NCBI GenBank assembly: GCA_904373265.1 | Contig: CAJFEE010000008.1 | Coordinates: 1,132-65,131, forward strand | DNA length: 64,000 nucleotides | Direction: 5' to 3' | Source: Candidatus Harrysmithiimonas galli | GTDB lineage: Bacteria; Bacillota; Bacilli; CAJFEE01 | Notes under the pieces: model-generated | Database searches by the model: none | Told to the model about the DNA's origin: nothing | Seen by the model: only the letters and a program-made list of their open reading frames with translations | Shown: positions 48,650 to 62,177 of the stretch, in pieces | Position numbering within the stretch: position 1 is the first letter of the stretch | Layout: each line of letters begins with the position of its first letter | Program-made: the position numbers and the translations under genes

Positions 48650-50281
48650 CTATGGTTTTGGAAAATCTACTGGATATGAACCAATATCAATGCCCCAAAT
48701 ACTTCCCAATAAGAAATACAAAAAGCCAGTTATAATAAAGATACATACGATGTTAAGCCATAAACCTGCTTTTGCCATATCCATCATTTTAATATAACCG
48801 CTACTGAATACAACGGCATTGGGCGGTGTAGCAACTGGAAACATAAATGCACAGCTTGCAGCAATCCCTGCAGCAATACATAATGTATATGGATGTACAT
48901 CGATTGCAACAGCCAATGCGCCCATAATTGGAAACATCATTGTTGCCGTTGCGGTATTGGACGTAAATTCTGTTAAGAAAATAACCAATGTTGTAACAGC
49001 CAAAACCACCAAAATCATCGGTGCACCTTTTAAAACTTCCAACTGTGTACCTAACCAAGTTGCCAATCCAGTTTCTGTAAAGCCTTTGGCAATAGCAAGA
49101 CCGCCACCAAACAGCAATAAAATTCCCCAAGGTAATTTTACAGCATCTTCCCAGCCAAGCAACACTTTACCATCACGAGCTGGGATAATAAACAATACAA
49201 TTGCAGCCAAGATGGCAATAATCGTATCATCAAGCGCAAGTTCAAACAATTTTCCTTCCCCGAAAATGAAAGAACGTAATACCCATAAAAGTGCTGTAGC
49301 GACAAATATGGTTAAAACAATTTTTTCTTCCAATCCAGCTTTTCCAAGTGCCTTCTTTTCTTCACGAATCACTTCCAATCCACCTGGAATATTTTTTACA
49401 TTGACACGAAAAGCAATTTTAGTCAAATAAAACCAGCAAAAGATTAAAATAACAAGTGATAATGGTAAACCAAACAACATCCATTTTGCAAATGAAATTT
49501 CAACACCAAAAATCTCTTTGGCATAGGTAGCGAAAATCAAATTTGGTGGTGTACCGATTAAAGTCGCCAAACCACCAATGGAGGCAGCATAACCGACTCC
49601 CAACAGCAATGCTTTTGAGAAGTTTTCTGCAATGCGCGGATCTTTGGTCTCTTTTAAAGATTCGTTCATTTTAAAAATAACTGCAGTTGCAATTGGCAAC
49701 ATCATCATAGCAGTCGCTGTATTAGATACCCACATGGATAAAAATGCAGTCGCAATCATAAATCCACCGATTAAGGCATTTGGTGAAGTTCCAACGACTG
49801 AAATAATTGTAAGTGCAATTCGTTTATGTAAATTCCATTTCTCCAATGCAAGCGCCAACATAAATCCACCCATAAACAAGTAAATATTATTATCTGCATA
49901 AGCACCCGTTACAACACTTGTTGTTACAGCGTTGGTCAGCGGAAATAAAATGATTGGCAATAAAGAAGTTGCCGGAATTGGAATGGCTTCTGTCACCCAC
50001 CAAATTGCAATCCAAACAGTAGAAGCCAAAACAGCTACACCTTCAGGTGAGAGACCCTCTGGTTTTAAAAATAATAAAATCAATAAAAATAATATTGGAC
50101 CTAAAATCAAACCCGTCCAACGCAACGGTGTCATATGTGGCGGTTCATGATCTTGACTTAAATCAAGTTTGTCTTCATCTTGTTGTAAAACAGTATCTGG
50201 TGTGTGTGGCGCAAATTTCATAAATAAATCTTTAATTTGATAGTGCCACTTCCACATTCTCCTCCATGTTGTACTAACCAT
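48650..50281 (-). CDS. DASS/SLC13-family sodium-coupled di/tricarboxylate (anion) symporter
   Basis: 543 aa polytopic protein with IWWVTEAIPIPATSLLP and FTSNTATATMMFP hairpin-loop SNT motifs. Confidence 0.8.
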   Translation of the reverse strand: MVSTTWRRMWKWHYQIKDLFMKFAPHTPDTVLQQDEDKLDLSQDHEPPHMTPLRWTGLILGPILFLLILLFLKPEGLSPEGVAVLASTVWIAIWWVTEAIPIPATSLLPIILFPLTNAVTTSVVTGAYADNNIYLFMGGFMLALALEKWNLHKRIALTIISVVGTSPNALIGGFMIATAFLSMWVSNTATAMMMLPIATAVIFKMNESLKETKDPRIAENFSKALLLGVGYAASIGGLATLIGTPPNLIFATYAKEIFGVEISFAKWMLFGLPLSLVILIFCWFYLTKIAFRVNVKNIPGGLEVIREEKKALGKAGLEEKIVLTIFVATALLWVLRSFIFGEGKLFELALDDTIIAILAAIVLFIIPARDGKVLLGWEDAVKLPWGILLLFGGGLAIAKGFTETGLATWLGTQLEVLKGAPMILVVLAVTTLVIFLTEFTSNTATATMMFPIMGALAVAIDVHPYTLCIAAGIAASCAFMFPVATPPNAVVFSSGYIKMMDMAKAGLWLNIVCIFIITGFLYFLLGSIWGIDIGSYPVDFPKP

Positions 50282-50379
50282 ATGATTTCAATCCCCCTTT
50301 TTTACATGAAGTATAAACGATGATCTGTTATAACACAAGTTTTTTTTACAAAAAATTCATTTTTTATTTACATTACCGT

Positions 50380-50560
50380 TACTTTATTTATATAAAATTT
50401 ACATTATCAAAAAGCAAAATTAATATATATATTATATTTCCCTGTTATTAAATAATTATTTTTATTAAACTAAATTTCAAATATATTTTTTAATATTTTA
50501 TAATTTCTGAATAAAAATTTTAAAAAACTCCATAAGTATTTTTATATTTTCAAAACCAAA
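50380..50560. other. Extended A/T-rich island upstream of the DASS gene
   Basis: Very few G/C over ~180 bp. It shares words such as attaaataatta with the other islands. Confidence 0.5.
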
Positions 50561-51099
50561 GTTGTTTTTTAACACGGAACAGAAAAGAACTTTATAATCT
50601 GCTAAATTTTTTTATATTTAAATTTAAATATCTTACGATAATATTTACTCAAAAATCAAATGCAAAAAATTAAGATAGAATAGTCAAATTTATTATGCTT
50701 TCATTTTAAATAAGAAAAACTTCAAGAAAATAAATGGAAAAGATTATAGAAAACAGAAAATTGACTGTTTTTTAGACTTATCTACAAATGTCCTATTGAA
50801 CCCTATAACAAAACAAAGAACCTAGCAGTTCAAAACGACAAAATAGCAAACAAAAAATGGATTAGAATTTCCTATGGTCTCAATCTACAATCTTTCTATA
50901 AGAAACAGCTAATTTCCTCTCTCTCTTTGTTGAGAAGATTTTCTGCAAATGACATCAAAAAGCACTTTTATCTTAAAGCTTATTCAAATCATCCCCATAA
51001 AACATGAAAATAATTTTCTAGCTATTTAATATGGCAGATTTTATTTTAATCCTTGCTGTTCATTTTCCATTTATTTCTTGAAGTTCAGTATGTTTTAAA

Positions 51100-51681
51100 T
51101 TAGAATTTCAGTTGATTTTCTTCAAATGCAATAATTTTATCCTCATTTTGCAATGTAATTGAAATATCATCTAAACCATTTAACAATTTATCCTTCCATG
51201 CTGGATCAATCTCAAATGTAAAAGAAAAATCTGGTGTATAAACAGTTTGCTCCTCTAGATTCACTGTAATTTCCACATCACCTGGCAATTCTGCGAGATT
51301 TTCACGAATTTCCTTGGAAGCAACAATCGGAAGCATTCCGTTTTTTAAACAATTCATATAAAAAATATCCGCAAAACTCCCAGCAATAATGATTTTAAAT
51401 CCATAGTCATTTAAAGCCCATGGTGCATGCTCACGTGAAGAGCCACAGCCAAAATTCTCTCCTGAAATTAAAATACTTGCGCCTTTTCGGTCTGGTGCAT
51501 TTAAAGAAAACGCCATATTATCAGAACGATCTTCCAAATACCGCCATTCATCAAATAAATACACACCAAACCCAGTTCGCTCAATTCGCTTTAAATATTG
51601 TTTTGGAATAATTTGGTCAGTATCAATATGATCCAGCATAAATGAAACAGTTGTTCCTTTGTGTATACGTAATGGTTCCAT
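51100..51681 (-). CDS. leuD: 3-isopropylmalate dehydratase small subunit
   Basis: 193 aa with [15 protein letters not shown] and [13 protein letters not shown]. Confidence 0.92.
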   Translation of the reverse strand: MEPLRIHKGTTVSFMLDHIDTDQIIPKQYLKRIERTGFGVYLFDEWRYLEDRSDNMAFSLNAPDRKGASILISGENFGCGSSREHAPWALNDYGFKIIIAGSFADIFYMNCLKNGMLPIVASKEIRENLAELPGDVEITVNLEEQTVYTPDFSFTFEIDPAWKDKLLNGLDDISITLQNEDKIIAFEENQLKF

Positions 51682-53054
51682 TAAAACTCCTCCTTTCGAA
51701 CATCAATAAAATAGCCATGTACAGCCGCTGCTGCAGCCATAAGTGGACTACATAAATGTGTACGTGCACCCTTTCCCTGACGTCCTTCAAAATTCCGATT
51801 TGAAGTAGAAGCACAATGCTCACCACCAGGAACTTGGTCAGGATTCATACCCAAGCACATGGAACAACCCGGTTCCCTCCATTCACAACCCGCTGCCTCA
51901 AAAATCTTATCCAATCCAAGATTCATCGCTTGTTGACGAACCGTTTTTGATCCTGGAACAACCAAAACGCGTATACCTTCTTTTACTTTTTTTCCTTTTA
52001 AATAATTTGCTGCAACCTGTAAATCCGATAAACGTGAATTTGTACATGAACCAATAAATACATGCCGAATTGGAATATCCCGCCCAGTCATCCCCGGCTT
52101 CAATCCCATATATTCATAAGCACGAGCATCATTTGAGTCCTTGATTTCTGGCATTTTCTCAGTAATTTCCATTCCCATGCCTGGATTGGTTCCCCATGTA
52201 ATCATAGGTGCAAGATCAGATACATCAAGCGAAATTTCTTTATCAAATTTCGCATCTGCATCAGTATACAGTTCTTTCCAAATTGCAATGGCTTTCTCCA
52301 TATCCTTTGGTGCATATTTTCTACCAGAGACGTACTGAAAAGTTGTTTCATCTGGTGCAATCAGCCCAGCCTTTGCTCCACCTTCAATAACCATGTTACA
52401 AATCGTCATCCGTTCCTCCATGCTCATATTGGAAATGGTTTCACCATAAAATTCAATAACATGCCCAGTTCCCATATCTACACCATATGTTGCAAGCAAT
52501 TTCAAAATAACATCTTTTGCAAAAACACCCTTTTGCAATTTTCCGGTAATCTTTACACCCATAGATTTTGCTTTCTTTTGATACAAAGTTTGAGTTGCCA
52601 AAACATGTTCAACTTCACTTGTACCAATCCCGAAAGCAAGTGCACCAAACGCTCCATGTGTTGCTGTATGACTGTCACCACACACAATTGTTTTTCCTGG
52701 CAAAGTTAAACCGAGCTCTGGCCCAATGACATGTACAATCCCAACACGAGCATCTGTTACATCTGCCAACTCTACACCGAAATCTGTACAGTTTCTTTTT
52801 AATGCATCCAATTGTTGCTTGGAAATTTCATCCTTAACAACAAGTTGATCATCTGTTGGAACGTTATGATCCATTGTTGCAAACGCCTTATCCGGACGAC
52901 GGACTTTTCGATTTGCTAATCTTAAGCCTTCAAATGCTTGCGGAGAAGTCACTTCATGCAACAAATGTAAATCAATATATAAAAGTTGGCTTTCTCCATC
53001 TTTTCCAGAAACAACATGCTGTTCCCAAAGTTTATCATATAATGTTTTTCCCAC
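51681..53054 (-). CDS. leuC: 3-isopropylmalate dehydratase large subunit
   Basis: 457 aa with [29 protein letters not shown] and CSMCLGMN. Confidence 0.94.
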   Translation of the reverse strand: MGKTLYDKLWEQHVVSGKDGESQLLYIDLHLLHEVTSPQAFEGLRLANRKVRRPDKAFATMDHNVPTDDQLVVKDEISKQQLDALKRNCTDFGVELADVTDARVGIVHVIGPELGLTLPGKTIVCGDSHTATHGAFGALAFGIGTSEVEHVLATQTLYQKKAKSMGVKITGKLQKGVFAKDVILKLLATYGVDMGTGHVIEFYGETISNMSMEERMTICNMVIEGGAKAGLIAPDETTFQYVSGRKYAPKDMEKAIAIWKELYTDADAKFDKEISLDVSDLAPMITWGTNPGMGMEITEKMPEIKDSNDARAYEYMGLKPGMTGRDIPIRHVFIGSCTNSRLSDLQVAANYLKGKKVKEGIRVLVVPGSKTVRQQAMNLGLDKIFEAAGCEWREPGCSMCLGMNPDQVPGGEHCASTSNRNFEGRQGKGARTHLCSPLMAAAAAVHGYFIDVRKEEF

Positions 53055-53067
53055 GAAAAATCCTCCT

Positions 53068-54108
53068 TTATTTTAATACAGCAATCATAGCTTGTGTAAA
53101 TTCTGTTGTAGATGCCGTACCACCTAAATCTTTTGTGCGAATACCTTGATCCAGTACAAAATGAAGTGCTTTTTCCACATCCACATAGCCTGCTTTTAAA
53201 TCAAAATCATTTAGCATCATTGCCATGGAACGGATCATGCCGATTGGATTGGCAATATTTTGACCAGCAATATCTGGCGCAGAGCCATGAATCGGCTCAT
53301 ATAATGTCGGTCCTGCAGTTGAATAGCTGGCAGAAGGTAAAAGACCTAAAGAACCTGCAATCATAGATGCTTCATCACTTAAAATATCACCAAACATATT
53401 TTCTGTTACAATAACATCAAAACGTGATGGACAACGAATCAATTCCATTGCAGCCGCATCAACCAACAAATGCTCCAATTCCACATCTGGGTATTTCTTG
53501 GCAGTCTCCAATGCCACTTCACGCCATAGCTTACTGGAACTGAGCACATTTTCCTTATCAATAGATGTTACCTTTTTTCTCCGTTTTCTTGCGGTTTCAA
53601 AAGCAAATGTGATAATACGTTCAATTTCCTCACGTGTATACATTAACGTATCCATTGCCTCTTCATGTGTAAACTTTTTCGGCTCACCAAAATAAATGCC
53701 ACCAATCAACTCTCGAACCACAATAAAATCTACATTTTTTACATTTTCTTCTTTCAACGGCGAAAATGTAGCAAGCTGTGGAAATACTTCCAATCCACGA
53801 ACATTGGCATATAAATTCAATGCTTTACGGATTGCAAGTAAACCTTTCTCTGGGCGATCCCCATCTCCACTCCACTTTGGTCCTCCAACAGCTGCCAAAA
53901 GTACTGCATCACTATTTAAACAAGCCTTTAAGGTTTCCTCTGGTAAAGAGCTCCCCTTTCTATCTATAGCAATTCCACCAAAATCATACGTTTCAACTTC
54001 AAATTCATATTGGTGTTTGTTAGCAATAGCCTGTAAAATTTGCAGTGCACTGTCCATAATTTCAGGACCAATCCCATCTCCTGGCAAACAAATAATTTTC
54101 TTTTTCAT
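53068..54108 (-). CDS. leuB: 3-isopropylmalate dehydrogenase
   Basis: [27 protein letters not shown] and GSAPDIAG. The ATG at 54108 follows aaaggagag. Confidence 0.93.
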   Translation of the reverse strand: MKKKIICLPGDGIGPEIMDSALQILQAIANKHQYEFEVETYDFGGIAIDRKGSSLPEETLKACLNSDAVLLAAVGGPKWSGDGDRPEKGLLAIRKALNLYANVRGLEVFPQLATFSPLKEENVKNVDFIVVRELIGGIYFGEPKKFTHEEAMDTLMYTREEIERIITFAFETARKRRKKVTSIDKENVLSSSKLWREVALETAKKYPDVELEHLLVDAAAMELIRCPSRFDVIVTENMFGDILSDEASMIAGSLGLLPSASYSTAGPTLYEPIHGSAPDIAGQNIANPIGMIRSMAMMLNDFDLKAGYVDVEKALHFVLDQGIRTKDLGGTASTTEFTQAMIAVLK

Positions 54109-54137
54109 TTTTCTCTCCTTTATCATTCAGATATATA

Positions 54138-54164
54138 AAAGAGGCTAGCACCCCCAGCCTCTTT
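54138..54164 (-). terminator. Intra-operon terminator-like hairpin between ilvC and leuB
   Basis: aaagaggct / agcctcttt stem with a 9-nt loop. On the minus strand it is followed by UUUUAUAUAU. Confidence 0.45.
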
Positions 54165-54174
54165 ATATATCCTT

Positions 54175-55194
<1,020 letters not shown>

Positions 55195-55225
55195 CTAATT
55201 TCTTAAATAAAATCATATAAATTTA

Positions 55226-55741
55226 TTAATAAGCAAGAAGTTTGTTTGTTTTTTCTTGCCTTTTTGTACCTCTGACAGATGCAATAACGCCTGTACGTGA
55301 AATTTCTCTAATGCCAAATGGCTTTAATAGATCAATCAACGCATCAACTTTATTTTGTGCACCAACAATTTGTATAATTAACGTATCTTTCCCTACATCA
55401 ACGACTTGTGCACGAAACGGATCCAAAAATCCAAAAATTTCCATACGATTGGTGCTATTACAGCTCACTTTAATCAGAGCCAGTTCACGTTCCACAACAT
55501 CATCTTCTGTAATATCAAGTACTTTAATCACATCAACTTGTTTATTTAAATGCTTCGTTAACTGCTCTGTTTGGTTTTCGTTTTCCACATTCACAATAAA
55601 GGTTAAACGAGAAATTCCTTCCTTTTCAGAATGCCCGACTGAAATACTTTCAATGTTAAATCTTCTGCGTGCCATAACACCAGTCACACGATTTAAAACT
55701 CCAGCTGTATTATTTAATGTCGCAACAATGATTCTTTTCAT
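55226..55741 (-). CDS. ilvN: Acetolactate synthase small (regulatory) subunit
   Basis: 171 aa with an ACT domain: NTAGVLNRVTGVMARRRFNIESISVG. Confidence 0.92.
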   Translation of the reverse strand: MKRIIVATLNNTAGVLNRVTGVMARRRFNIESISVGHSEKEGISRLTFIVNVENENQTEQLTKHLNKQVDVIKVLDITEDDVVERELALIKVSCNSTNRMEIFGFLDPFRAQVVDVGKDTLIIQIVGAQNKVDALIDLLKPFGIREISRTGVIASVRGTKRQEKTNKLLAY

Positions 55742-55743
55742 GA

Positions 55744-57432
55744 TTACACGCCCTCCATTTCATGAATCCCTTTTCCGGCTTGAACCATCGGGTAAACCAA
55801 TTCTTTTGGGGCAATAATACATTCAATTAAAATCGGCCCTTCATATGCTACAGCTTCCTTCAGTTGAGATTCAATTTGTTTTGGATCAGAAATTCGTACA
55901 CCTTTTATACCATATGCTTCAGCAATTTTCATAAAATCCGGTTGTCCAGGTATCAAGGAATGTGAATAGCGCTCTTTATAAATTAATTCTTGCCACTGAC
56001 GAACCATCCCTAAAGCATAGTTGTTTAAAAGAACAATACGAATTGGTAGTTTATGCTCTATTATAATTGCCAGTTCTTGTAAAGTCATTTGGAATCCACC
56101 ATCACCAACAATCAAATATACTTCTTTATCTGGATAGGCAAATTGTGCACCAATCGCTGCTGGTATACCAAATCCCATTGTACCAAACCCACCAGAGGTT
56201 ACAAATGTATCTGGGCAATTTCTGGCAAAAAACTGTGCCGCCCACATTTGATGTTGCCCAACATCGGTAACGACAATCGCATCTTTTGCCGCCAAACGAT
56301 TTAAGATTTCCAATACATATTGTGGTTTCAAAACTATGTCACTTGGTTCATATTTTAATGGATGATCTTTTTTCCGTTTCATATTCAAATCCATCCATTC
56401 TTTACACTCGGGATGTTTACCCACAATTTCATTTAAGTAATTCAATGCACGTCCAACATCCCCAACAACTGGAATATCTGCATAAACATTTTTACTGATT
56501 TCTACTGGATCAATATCAATATGTGCAATTTTGGATTTTTTTGCAAAGTGATCTAGATTTGCCGTAAAACGGTCATCTAGGCGCGCACCAAAAACCATTA
56601 AATAATCACAATCATATAAAGCCATATTGGCTGCATAAGTGCCATGCATTCCTCCCATTCCCAAAGACAATGGATGGTCAGCAGGAAAAGCACCCATTCC
56701 GTGTAACGTATATACAACTGGTAATTGATAATACTCAACAAATTTTAACAATGCAGCGCTTGCTTTAGCATGTAAAACTCCCGCACCAACCGCAACAAGC
56801 GGACGTTCACTTTGTTCCAGTGCTTTCACCAATTTTTCTAATTGATGTTTATTTGGCTCTAATGTCGGCTGATAACCTGGTAAATGAATTTCAATTTTTT
56901 CTGGTACTTCATTGACACCATTGGTCATCATATCTTTCGGTAAGTCAATCACAACCGGTCCAGGTCTGCCAGTTGTCGCAATATGAAACGCTTCTTTGAT
57001 CACTTGAGGAATATCAGCTACATTCCGTATTTGATAGTTATGCTTTGTAATAGGCATCGTTAGACCGATTAAATCCCCTTCTTGAAAGGCATCAGATCCA
57101 ATTACATTTGTATTTACCTGTCCAGTAAATACAACAAGCGGCAAGGAGTCGATCATGGCATCCGCAAGACCAGTCAATATATTGGTTGCACCAGGTCCAC
57201 TTGTAACAATCACAACACCTGCTTTACCAGTTACACGTGCATAACCTTCTGCTGCATGTATAGCTCCTTGCTCATGTCTCGTTAAAATATGACGCAAATC
57301 TGAATCATAAATGCAATCATAGAGTGGTAGAACAGCTCCTCCCGGATAACCGAATACAATTTCAACCTGCTCTTCCTTTAACGCATCAATCAATAGCTGT
57401 GCACCCGTTCGTTGTTTTTCCTTCAATTTCAT
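55744..57432 (-). CDS. ilvB: Acetolactate synthase large subunit
   Basis: [26 protein letters not shown] and [12 protein letters not shown]. The ATG at 57432 follows aaaggggg; the ORF track extends to 57471. Confidence 0.93.
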   Translation of the reverse strand: MKLKEKQRTGAQLLIDALKEEQVEIVFGYPGGAVLPLYDCIYDSDLRHILTRHEQGAIHAAEGYARVTGKAGVVIVTSGPGATNILTGLADAMIDSLPLVVFTGQVNTNVIGSDAFQEGDLIGLTMPITKHNYQIRNVADIPQVIKEAFHIATTGRPGPVVIDLPKDMMTNGVNEVPEKIEIHLPGYQPTLEPNKHQLEKLVKALEQSERPLVAVGAGVLHAKASAALLKFVEYYQLPVVYTLHGMGAFPADHPLSLGMGGMHGTYAANMALYDCDYLMVFGARLDDRFTANLDHFAKKSKIAHIDIDPVEISKNVYADIPVVGDVGRALNYLNEIVGKHPECKEWMDLNMKRKKDHPLKYEPSDIVLKPQYVLEILNRLAAKDAIVVTDVGQHQMWAAQFFARNCPDTFVTSGGFGTMGFGIPAAIGAQFAYPDKEVYLIVGDGGFQMTLQELAIIIEHKLPIRIVLLNNYALGMVRQWQELIYKERYSHSLIPGQPDFMKIAEAYGIKGVRISDPKQIESQLKEAVAYEGPILIECIIAPKELVYPMVQAGKGIHEMEGV

Positions 57433-57471
57433 GACATGACCCCCTTTAAAACTATTCCTTTTTACAATCAT

Positions 57472-57760
57472 AATCCATTTATATAAATAAAAACAGTCTT
57501 TCGCCCCATAGCTTCAGCGCTAAAGGGGCGAAAGACCGCGGTACCACCCTTCTTATGGACAAACTGTCCACATCTCTCTATTTACTTAAAACACATAAAT
57601 AGATCCGCCTTAACGCAGCGTAACGTCTATAATTTTGGCAAATCTCAGCCGTTTGTTATAGCACTCCTTGGTGATTTTCATTGGAATAGAAGCACCGACT
57701 CACACCTCCGTCGGCTCTCTGGATGTCTTCTAAAACAACTACTTTCCAAATCAATGTTTT
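57472..57760 (-). promoter_or_regulatory. T-box riboswitch leader controlling ilvB-N-C-leuB-C-D
   Basis: Minus strand carries the T-box sequence AAGGGUGGUACCGCG (57550-57537). The terminator is GUCUUUCGCCCC...GGGGCGAAAGAC plus a U-run (57536-57485). The AG-bulge and distal loop read AGAGAG-CCGAC-GGAGGUGUGA-GUCGG. The specifier loop UGAAAAUCA gives AUC (Ile) in my manual fold (57675-57673). Confidence 0.85.
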
Positions 57761-57772
57761 CTTTGTATATTT

Positions 57773-59479
57773 TTATTCATACTTCATCACACCGCCAGTA
57801 CTTGCATTGGTTACAAGTTTAGAATATCTGGCAAGATATCCTTTTTTTACCTTTGGTTCTGGTATGATAAATTTTTCTTTTCGGGCATTCAACTCCTCAT
57901 CAGAAACAACATGATGGATCGTTCGCTCGATTAAATTAATAGAAATCTCGTCTCCATCTTCCACATAAGCAATAGGACCACCTTCTGCAGCTTCTGGAGA
58001 AATATGTCCAACTGCGATTCCACGAGATGCACCAGAAAACCTGCCGTCTGTAATTAAAGCAACCTTTGTTCCTAAACCACGACCCACAATCGCAGAAGTT
58101 GGTGCGAGCATTTCCGGCATACCTGGACCACCTTTTGGACCTTCATAACGAATGACAACAACATGTCCTTCTTTTACAACCCCCGTATGAATTGCCTCAA
58201 CTGCCTCATCATGTGAATTGAAACAAATGGCTTTACCTGTAAATTGTTGAATAGAAGGATCAACAGCGCCTACTTTAATGACTCCACCATCTGGTGCCAA
58301 ATTTCCGTTCAAAATAGCAAGACCACCCGTTTTTAAATATGGGTCATCTTTTGAACGAATCACTTGTAAATTTGTAATTTGTGCATTCTTTACATTCTCA
58401 CCAATCGAATTCCCTGTAATTGTAATTCGTTCCGGATGAATTGCACCTGGAATCTTCACAAGTTCGCGAATAATCGCAGAAATTCCACCAGCTTGCTGAA
58501 CATCATTCATAGAATAATCAGATGCCGGAGAAATTTTTGCCAGATAAGGGATACGTTTTGCTACTTCATTAATACGGTTAATATCATAGTTTAATTCCGC
58601 TTCATTGGCAATCGCAAGAAGATGAAGCACTGTATTGGTAGAGCCCCCCATTGCCATATCCAATGCAAACGCATCATCAATGGCTTCTTCCGTTATAATA
58701 TCACGTGGCTTAAGATCATTTTTAATACAATTCATTAAATGATTTGCCGCATCACGAATAAGTTGTTTTCGATTATCACTGGTCGCTAAAATGGTACCAT
58801 TACCAGGTAAAGCCATGCCAAGCATTTCCATAATACAATTCATAGAATTTGCTGTAAACATTCCAGCACATGAGCCACAGGATGGACAAGCCAAAGATTC
58901 AAGTTCAAATAAATCTGCTTCAGAAATTTGACCAGATGTATAAGAACCGACTCCCTCAAAAACTGAAGTCAAGGTTAACGTTTTTCCATCTTTTGCCTTT
59001 CCAGCCTGCATCGGACCACCAGATACAAATACCGCTGGAACATTTGTACGAACAGCCGCCATCAGCATACCTGGTGTAATCTTATCACAGTTTGGAATAT
59101 AAAAAACACCGTCAAACCAGTGCGCCTGTATAACAGATTCCGCACAATCTGCAATCAATTCACGACTTGGAAGCGAATAACGCATACCGATATGTCCCAT
59201 AGCAATTCCATCATCAATTCCAATTGTGTTAAATTCAAACGGCACTCCTCCTGCCTCTCGAATTGCTTCTTTTACATATTCAGAAAATTCCCGCAAATGT
59301 ACATGACCAGGAACAATATCTATGTAAGAATTACATACAGCAATGAACGGTTTGTTCATATCTTCTTCTTTTACTCCGGCAGCACGCAACAAACTTCGAT
59401 GTGGTGCGCGATCAATACCCTTCTTGATCATGTCACTTCTCAAAATAATCACCGTTCCTTCTATATCAAATACAATCAT
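57773..59479 (-). CDS. ilvD: Dihydroxy-acid dehydratase
   Basis: [30 protein letters not shown] and SGGPM. The true start is possibly the TTG at 59443 or the ATG at 59431. Confidence 0.94.
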   Translation of the reverse strand: MIVFDIEGTVIILRSDMIKKGIDRAPHRSLLRAAGVKEEDMNKPFIAVCNSYIDIVPGHVHLREFSEYVKEAIREAGGVPFEFNTIGIDDGIAMGHIGMRYSLPSRELIADCAESVIQAHWFDGVFYIPNCDKITPGMLMAAVRTNVPAVFVSGGPMQAGKAKDGKTLTLTSVFEGVGSYTSGQISEADLFELESLACPSCGSCAGMFTANSMNCIMEMLGMALPGNGTILATSDNRKQLIRDAANHLMNCIKNDLKPRDIITEEAIDDAFALDMAMGGSTNTVLHLLAIANEAELNYDINRINEVAKRIPYLAKISPASDYSMNDVQQAGGISAIIRELVKIPGAIHPERITITGNSIGENVKNAQITNLQVIRSKDDPYLKTGGLAILNGNLAPDGGVIKVGAVDPSIQQFTGKAICFNSHDEAVEAIHTGVVKEGHVVVIRYEGPKGGPGMPEMLAPTSAIVGRGLGTKVALITDGRFSGASRGIAVGHISPEAAEGGPIAYVEDGDEISINLIERTIHHVVSDEELNARKEKFIIPEPKVKKGYLARYSKLVTNASTGGVMKYE

Positions 59480-59651
59480 TCCAATTTCTTTACAAAAACT
59501 TTATTTGTAAACTGATAAGTGTTATATAATAGCATAATGAGATTTTTATAGAAAATCAATACCTTTTTTTCAAAAATTATCCACAAATTCTTTCAATCTG
59601 CATAACCTTTTGTTTCATTCTACTTCTAAAATATCTCATTCTATTTGTTCA

Positions 59652-60125
59652 TTATTCCTTTGTTGAAGCATCCTGCTTATCACCAATCATTTGACTGGCA
59701 TATTTTTCCAAAACATCAGTAAAAGACAAATTGCCTAATAAATTATAACCACTTGATCCAAGTAATGTATTCGTTCCATTCATATTTTGTAAATAAGTAG
59801 AAAGTATGGAACTAACATCCGTTGTAGAACTACCTGATAGTTGCTGTAATGTATTTAACTTGGTATCGGTTGTTTGATCAGTATTGACCAACAAACTGTT
59901 TACATTTGAGTCGGAATTCAAAAGATTTAGCAGCGTTGAATAATCTGTTTGATCGGTGCGAATCGTTGAAGTAGAAGCAGCCTCCTCTGTACCAGACACC
60001 TTTTCTGCTGCTTGTGCCTGATTCAATTCATTTTGAAAAATAGTCGAAAATCCGCTGATTTTTTCTTCAATAGCCTGTATACGCGATTGGACATTTGACA
60101 CACTTTCCAATACTTTAATTTCCAT
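59652..60125 (-). CDS. Hypothetical Ser/Thr/Asn-rich low-complexity protein
   Basis: ORF with the RBS aaaggtgg 5 nt before the ATG at 60125. I recognise no family. Confidence 0.45.
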   Translation of the reverse strand: MEIKVLESVSNVQSRIQAIEEKISGFSTIFQNELNQAQAAEKVSGTEEAASTSTIRTDQTDYSTLLNLLNSDSNVNSLLVNTDQTTDTKLNTLQQLSGSSTTDVSSILSTYLQNMNGTNTLLGSSGYNLLGNLSFTDVLEKYASQMIGDKQDASTKE

Positions 60126-60608
60126 TTGAACCACCTTTTCTTTTGAAAAATTTTCTTTTCATTTCAGTTTATCATACCATAAAAAAGAAGAAATTTCCTT
60201 TGTTATTTCCGATTTTTCTGCGGACAACTAGCAAATCTATTAAAATATTTCAATTCAATGATTCTATACATTTTTTCCATCAATTACAAGGTATCTTTGA
60301 ATATACCATTTATCAACTCAAAAACTTTATTATATAAATATTTTATAATTTTTAATAAAATACATTTTTCTGCATTTTTTAACCCTAAGCATGCGCTAAT
60401 GCTATAAATAGAAAATACTATATTTACAGACTGAATATCAGTAGCTTAAAAATTACATGTATAAATAAATCCATACATATTGTATTTTGTCCACTGTTCA
60501 ATATCTGGGATTTCCATTCGATAGCCGCCACACAATTTCTCTAGAAGATTCAAACAGGATATACAAAGTATAAAAGCCTTTTTAAATAAAAACGTAAAAA
60601 ACCTTAAA

Positions 60609-61862
60609 TTAAGGATTTATTTTGATTGTTAAAGCATCTTTCATATATTTTCTTACATGTGCAATGCTTTCTTTATACAATTGTTCTTGATTGGCAAGCA
60701 AAGTCGATGGTACATCCTTTAAAGGATATAATTTGAAATTCCGAAAACGATCATAAGATGTATAGATCGGCAAAAAACTTGGATTTTCTAGCTCAATCCA
60801 ACTTTCTCCCATATATTCTGTTTTCTTTATATCAATCCCGAATATGCCCCCGATAAGGCGGTCAATTTGATCTTGTGCAGAAATAAAATTCCCTGCCGAA
60901 TAAATAACATAGGTCTGATTTCCATTTTTTCCAGTAATCCAATCAACCGGCTGCAATACATGTGGATGAGCACCTAAAATAATATCCACACCTAAATTTG
61001 CCAAATACTGTGCCATTGACTTTTGTGAATCATTTGGCATCTTCTCATATTCATTGCCAAAGTGCATAGAAGCAACAACTACATCGCTAACAGCCTGAGC
61101 AGCTTTTACATCTTTTTTTATTTGGTCTTTATCAATCAAATTCACCAAATAATTCTTTCCATCTGGAATCGGAATTCCATTGGTACCATAAGTATAGCTT
61201 AAAAAACTAAACGTAATCCCATTTTTGGTCAATGTCCGAATTTCTTGCCGTTCCTTGTCATTTCTAGAAGCTCCAGTTTGTATGACACCGATTTTGTTCC
61301 AATGATTGATGGCATTTTGAATCGCTTTTTCCCCACGGTCCAGCGTATGATTATTTGCCATACTCACAACGTCAAAACCGATGGCTTTCAAATCATTACC
61401 AAGCTCATATGGACTATTAAAGGTTGGATAAGAGGACAGCCCAAGCTCTGATCCACCTATGATTGTTTCTGAATTGGCAATGGCAATATCTGCTTGTTCA
61501 ATATATGGCTGAATCAATCGAAACATTGGCTTAAAATCATACGTATCACCGACTTGGGCATCCTCATAAACCGAATTGTGGATCAAAACATCCCCAACAG
61601 AAGCCATAGATACAACAGAAGTTTTTGGATCAGAAATCTGAATTGGATTAAAAACAAAATCATAATTCCCAATCGCTTCCAATAATTTTGTCTGCGAGGA
61701 AGTGGAAAAATAAAAAATTCCAAAAACTGCTCCAGCACTGACCAAACCAATCACAATACGATGTATCAGCCCTTTTTTTCTTTGCTTTTGCAATGTCCAC
61801 ACATCCTTAGCTCTTCTTTTTTCTTCCATTATACATAAAAAAAGATAAGTGAACAGACCCAT
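60609..61862 (-). CDS. CapA-family (PGA_cap metallophosphatase-like) membrane-anchored protein
   Basis: 417 aa with an N-terminal TM segment, then MASVGDVLIH, ANSETIIGG and SMANNHTLDRG. Confidence 0.8.
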   Translation of the reverse strand: MGLFTYLFLCIMEEKRRAKDVWTLQKQRKKGLIHRIVIGLVSAGAVFGIFYFSTSSQTKLLEAIGNYDFVFNPIQISDPKTSVVSMASVGDVLIHNSVYEDAQVGDTYDFKPMFRLIQPYIEQADIAIANSETIIGGSELGLSSYPTFNSPYELGNDLKAIGFDVVSMANNHTLDRGEKAIQNAINHWNKIGVIQTGASRNDKERQEIRTLTKNGITFSFLSYTYGTNGIPIPDGKNYLVNLIDKDQIKKDVKAAQAVSDVVVASMHFGNEYEKMPNDSQKSMAQYLANLGVDIILGAHPHVLQPVDWITGKNGNQTYVIYSAGNFISAQDQIDRLIGGIFGIDIKKTEYMGESWIELENPSFLPIYTSYDRFRNFKLYPLKDVPSTLLANQEQLYKESIAHVRKYMKDALTIKINP

Positions 61863-62177
61863 TGAAAAAACGTTTGTAACTTATCTTTTAAAATATAAAG
61901 TTTGTTATCAGGAAAAATGAAAGTTCCTAACAGGTTCACGATAGTCTTATGTACTTAATTATATAAAAATCTTAATTTATTCTCTAAAAAAGCTCAAGCA
62001 GCCATAAAAATTAAGATAAATCTATAAAAAACAGAAAATCTGCTGTTTTTAAGCCATCTATTCATTAACAATGCGATAATGGTTTTCCTTGATGGCAAAA
62101 GGCATCAAACTGGATTACACAATGACCAATATATTTTGAAAATTTTAGATTTCCGGTCACAAGGAAGTAATTTCCAA

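Noticed and set aside
55242-55817. 191-aa plus-strand ORF. Similar long antisense ORFs occur at 48819..49430, 53696..54148, 29692..30156, 59120..59515, 39301..39660 and elsewhere.
   Set aside because: Each lies entirely opposite a confidently identified conserved gene (ilvN/ilvB, DASS, leuB, HMGL, ilvD, hisA). Their sequences are low-complexity with no recognisable motifs, so they are shadow ORFs.
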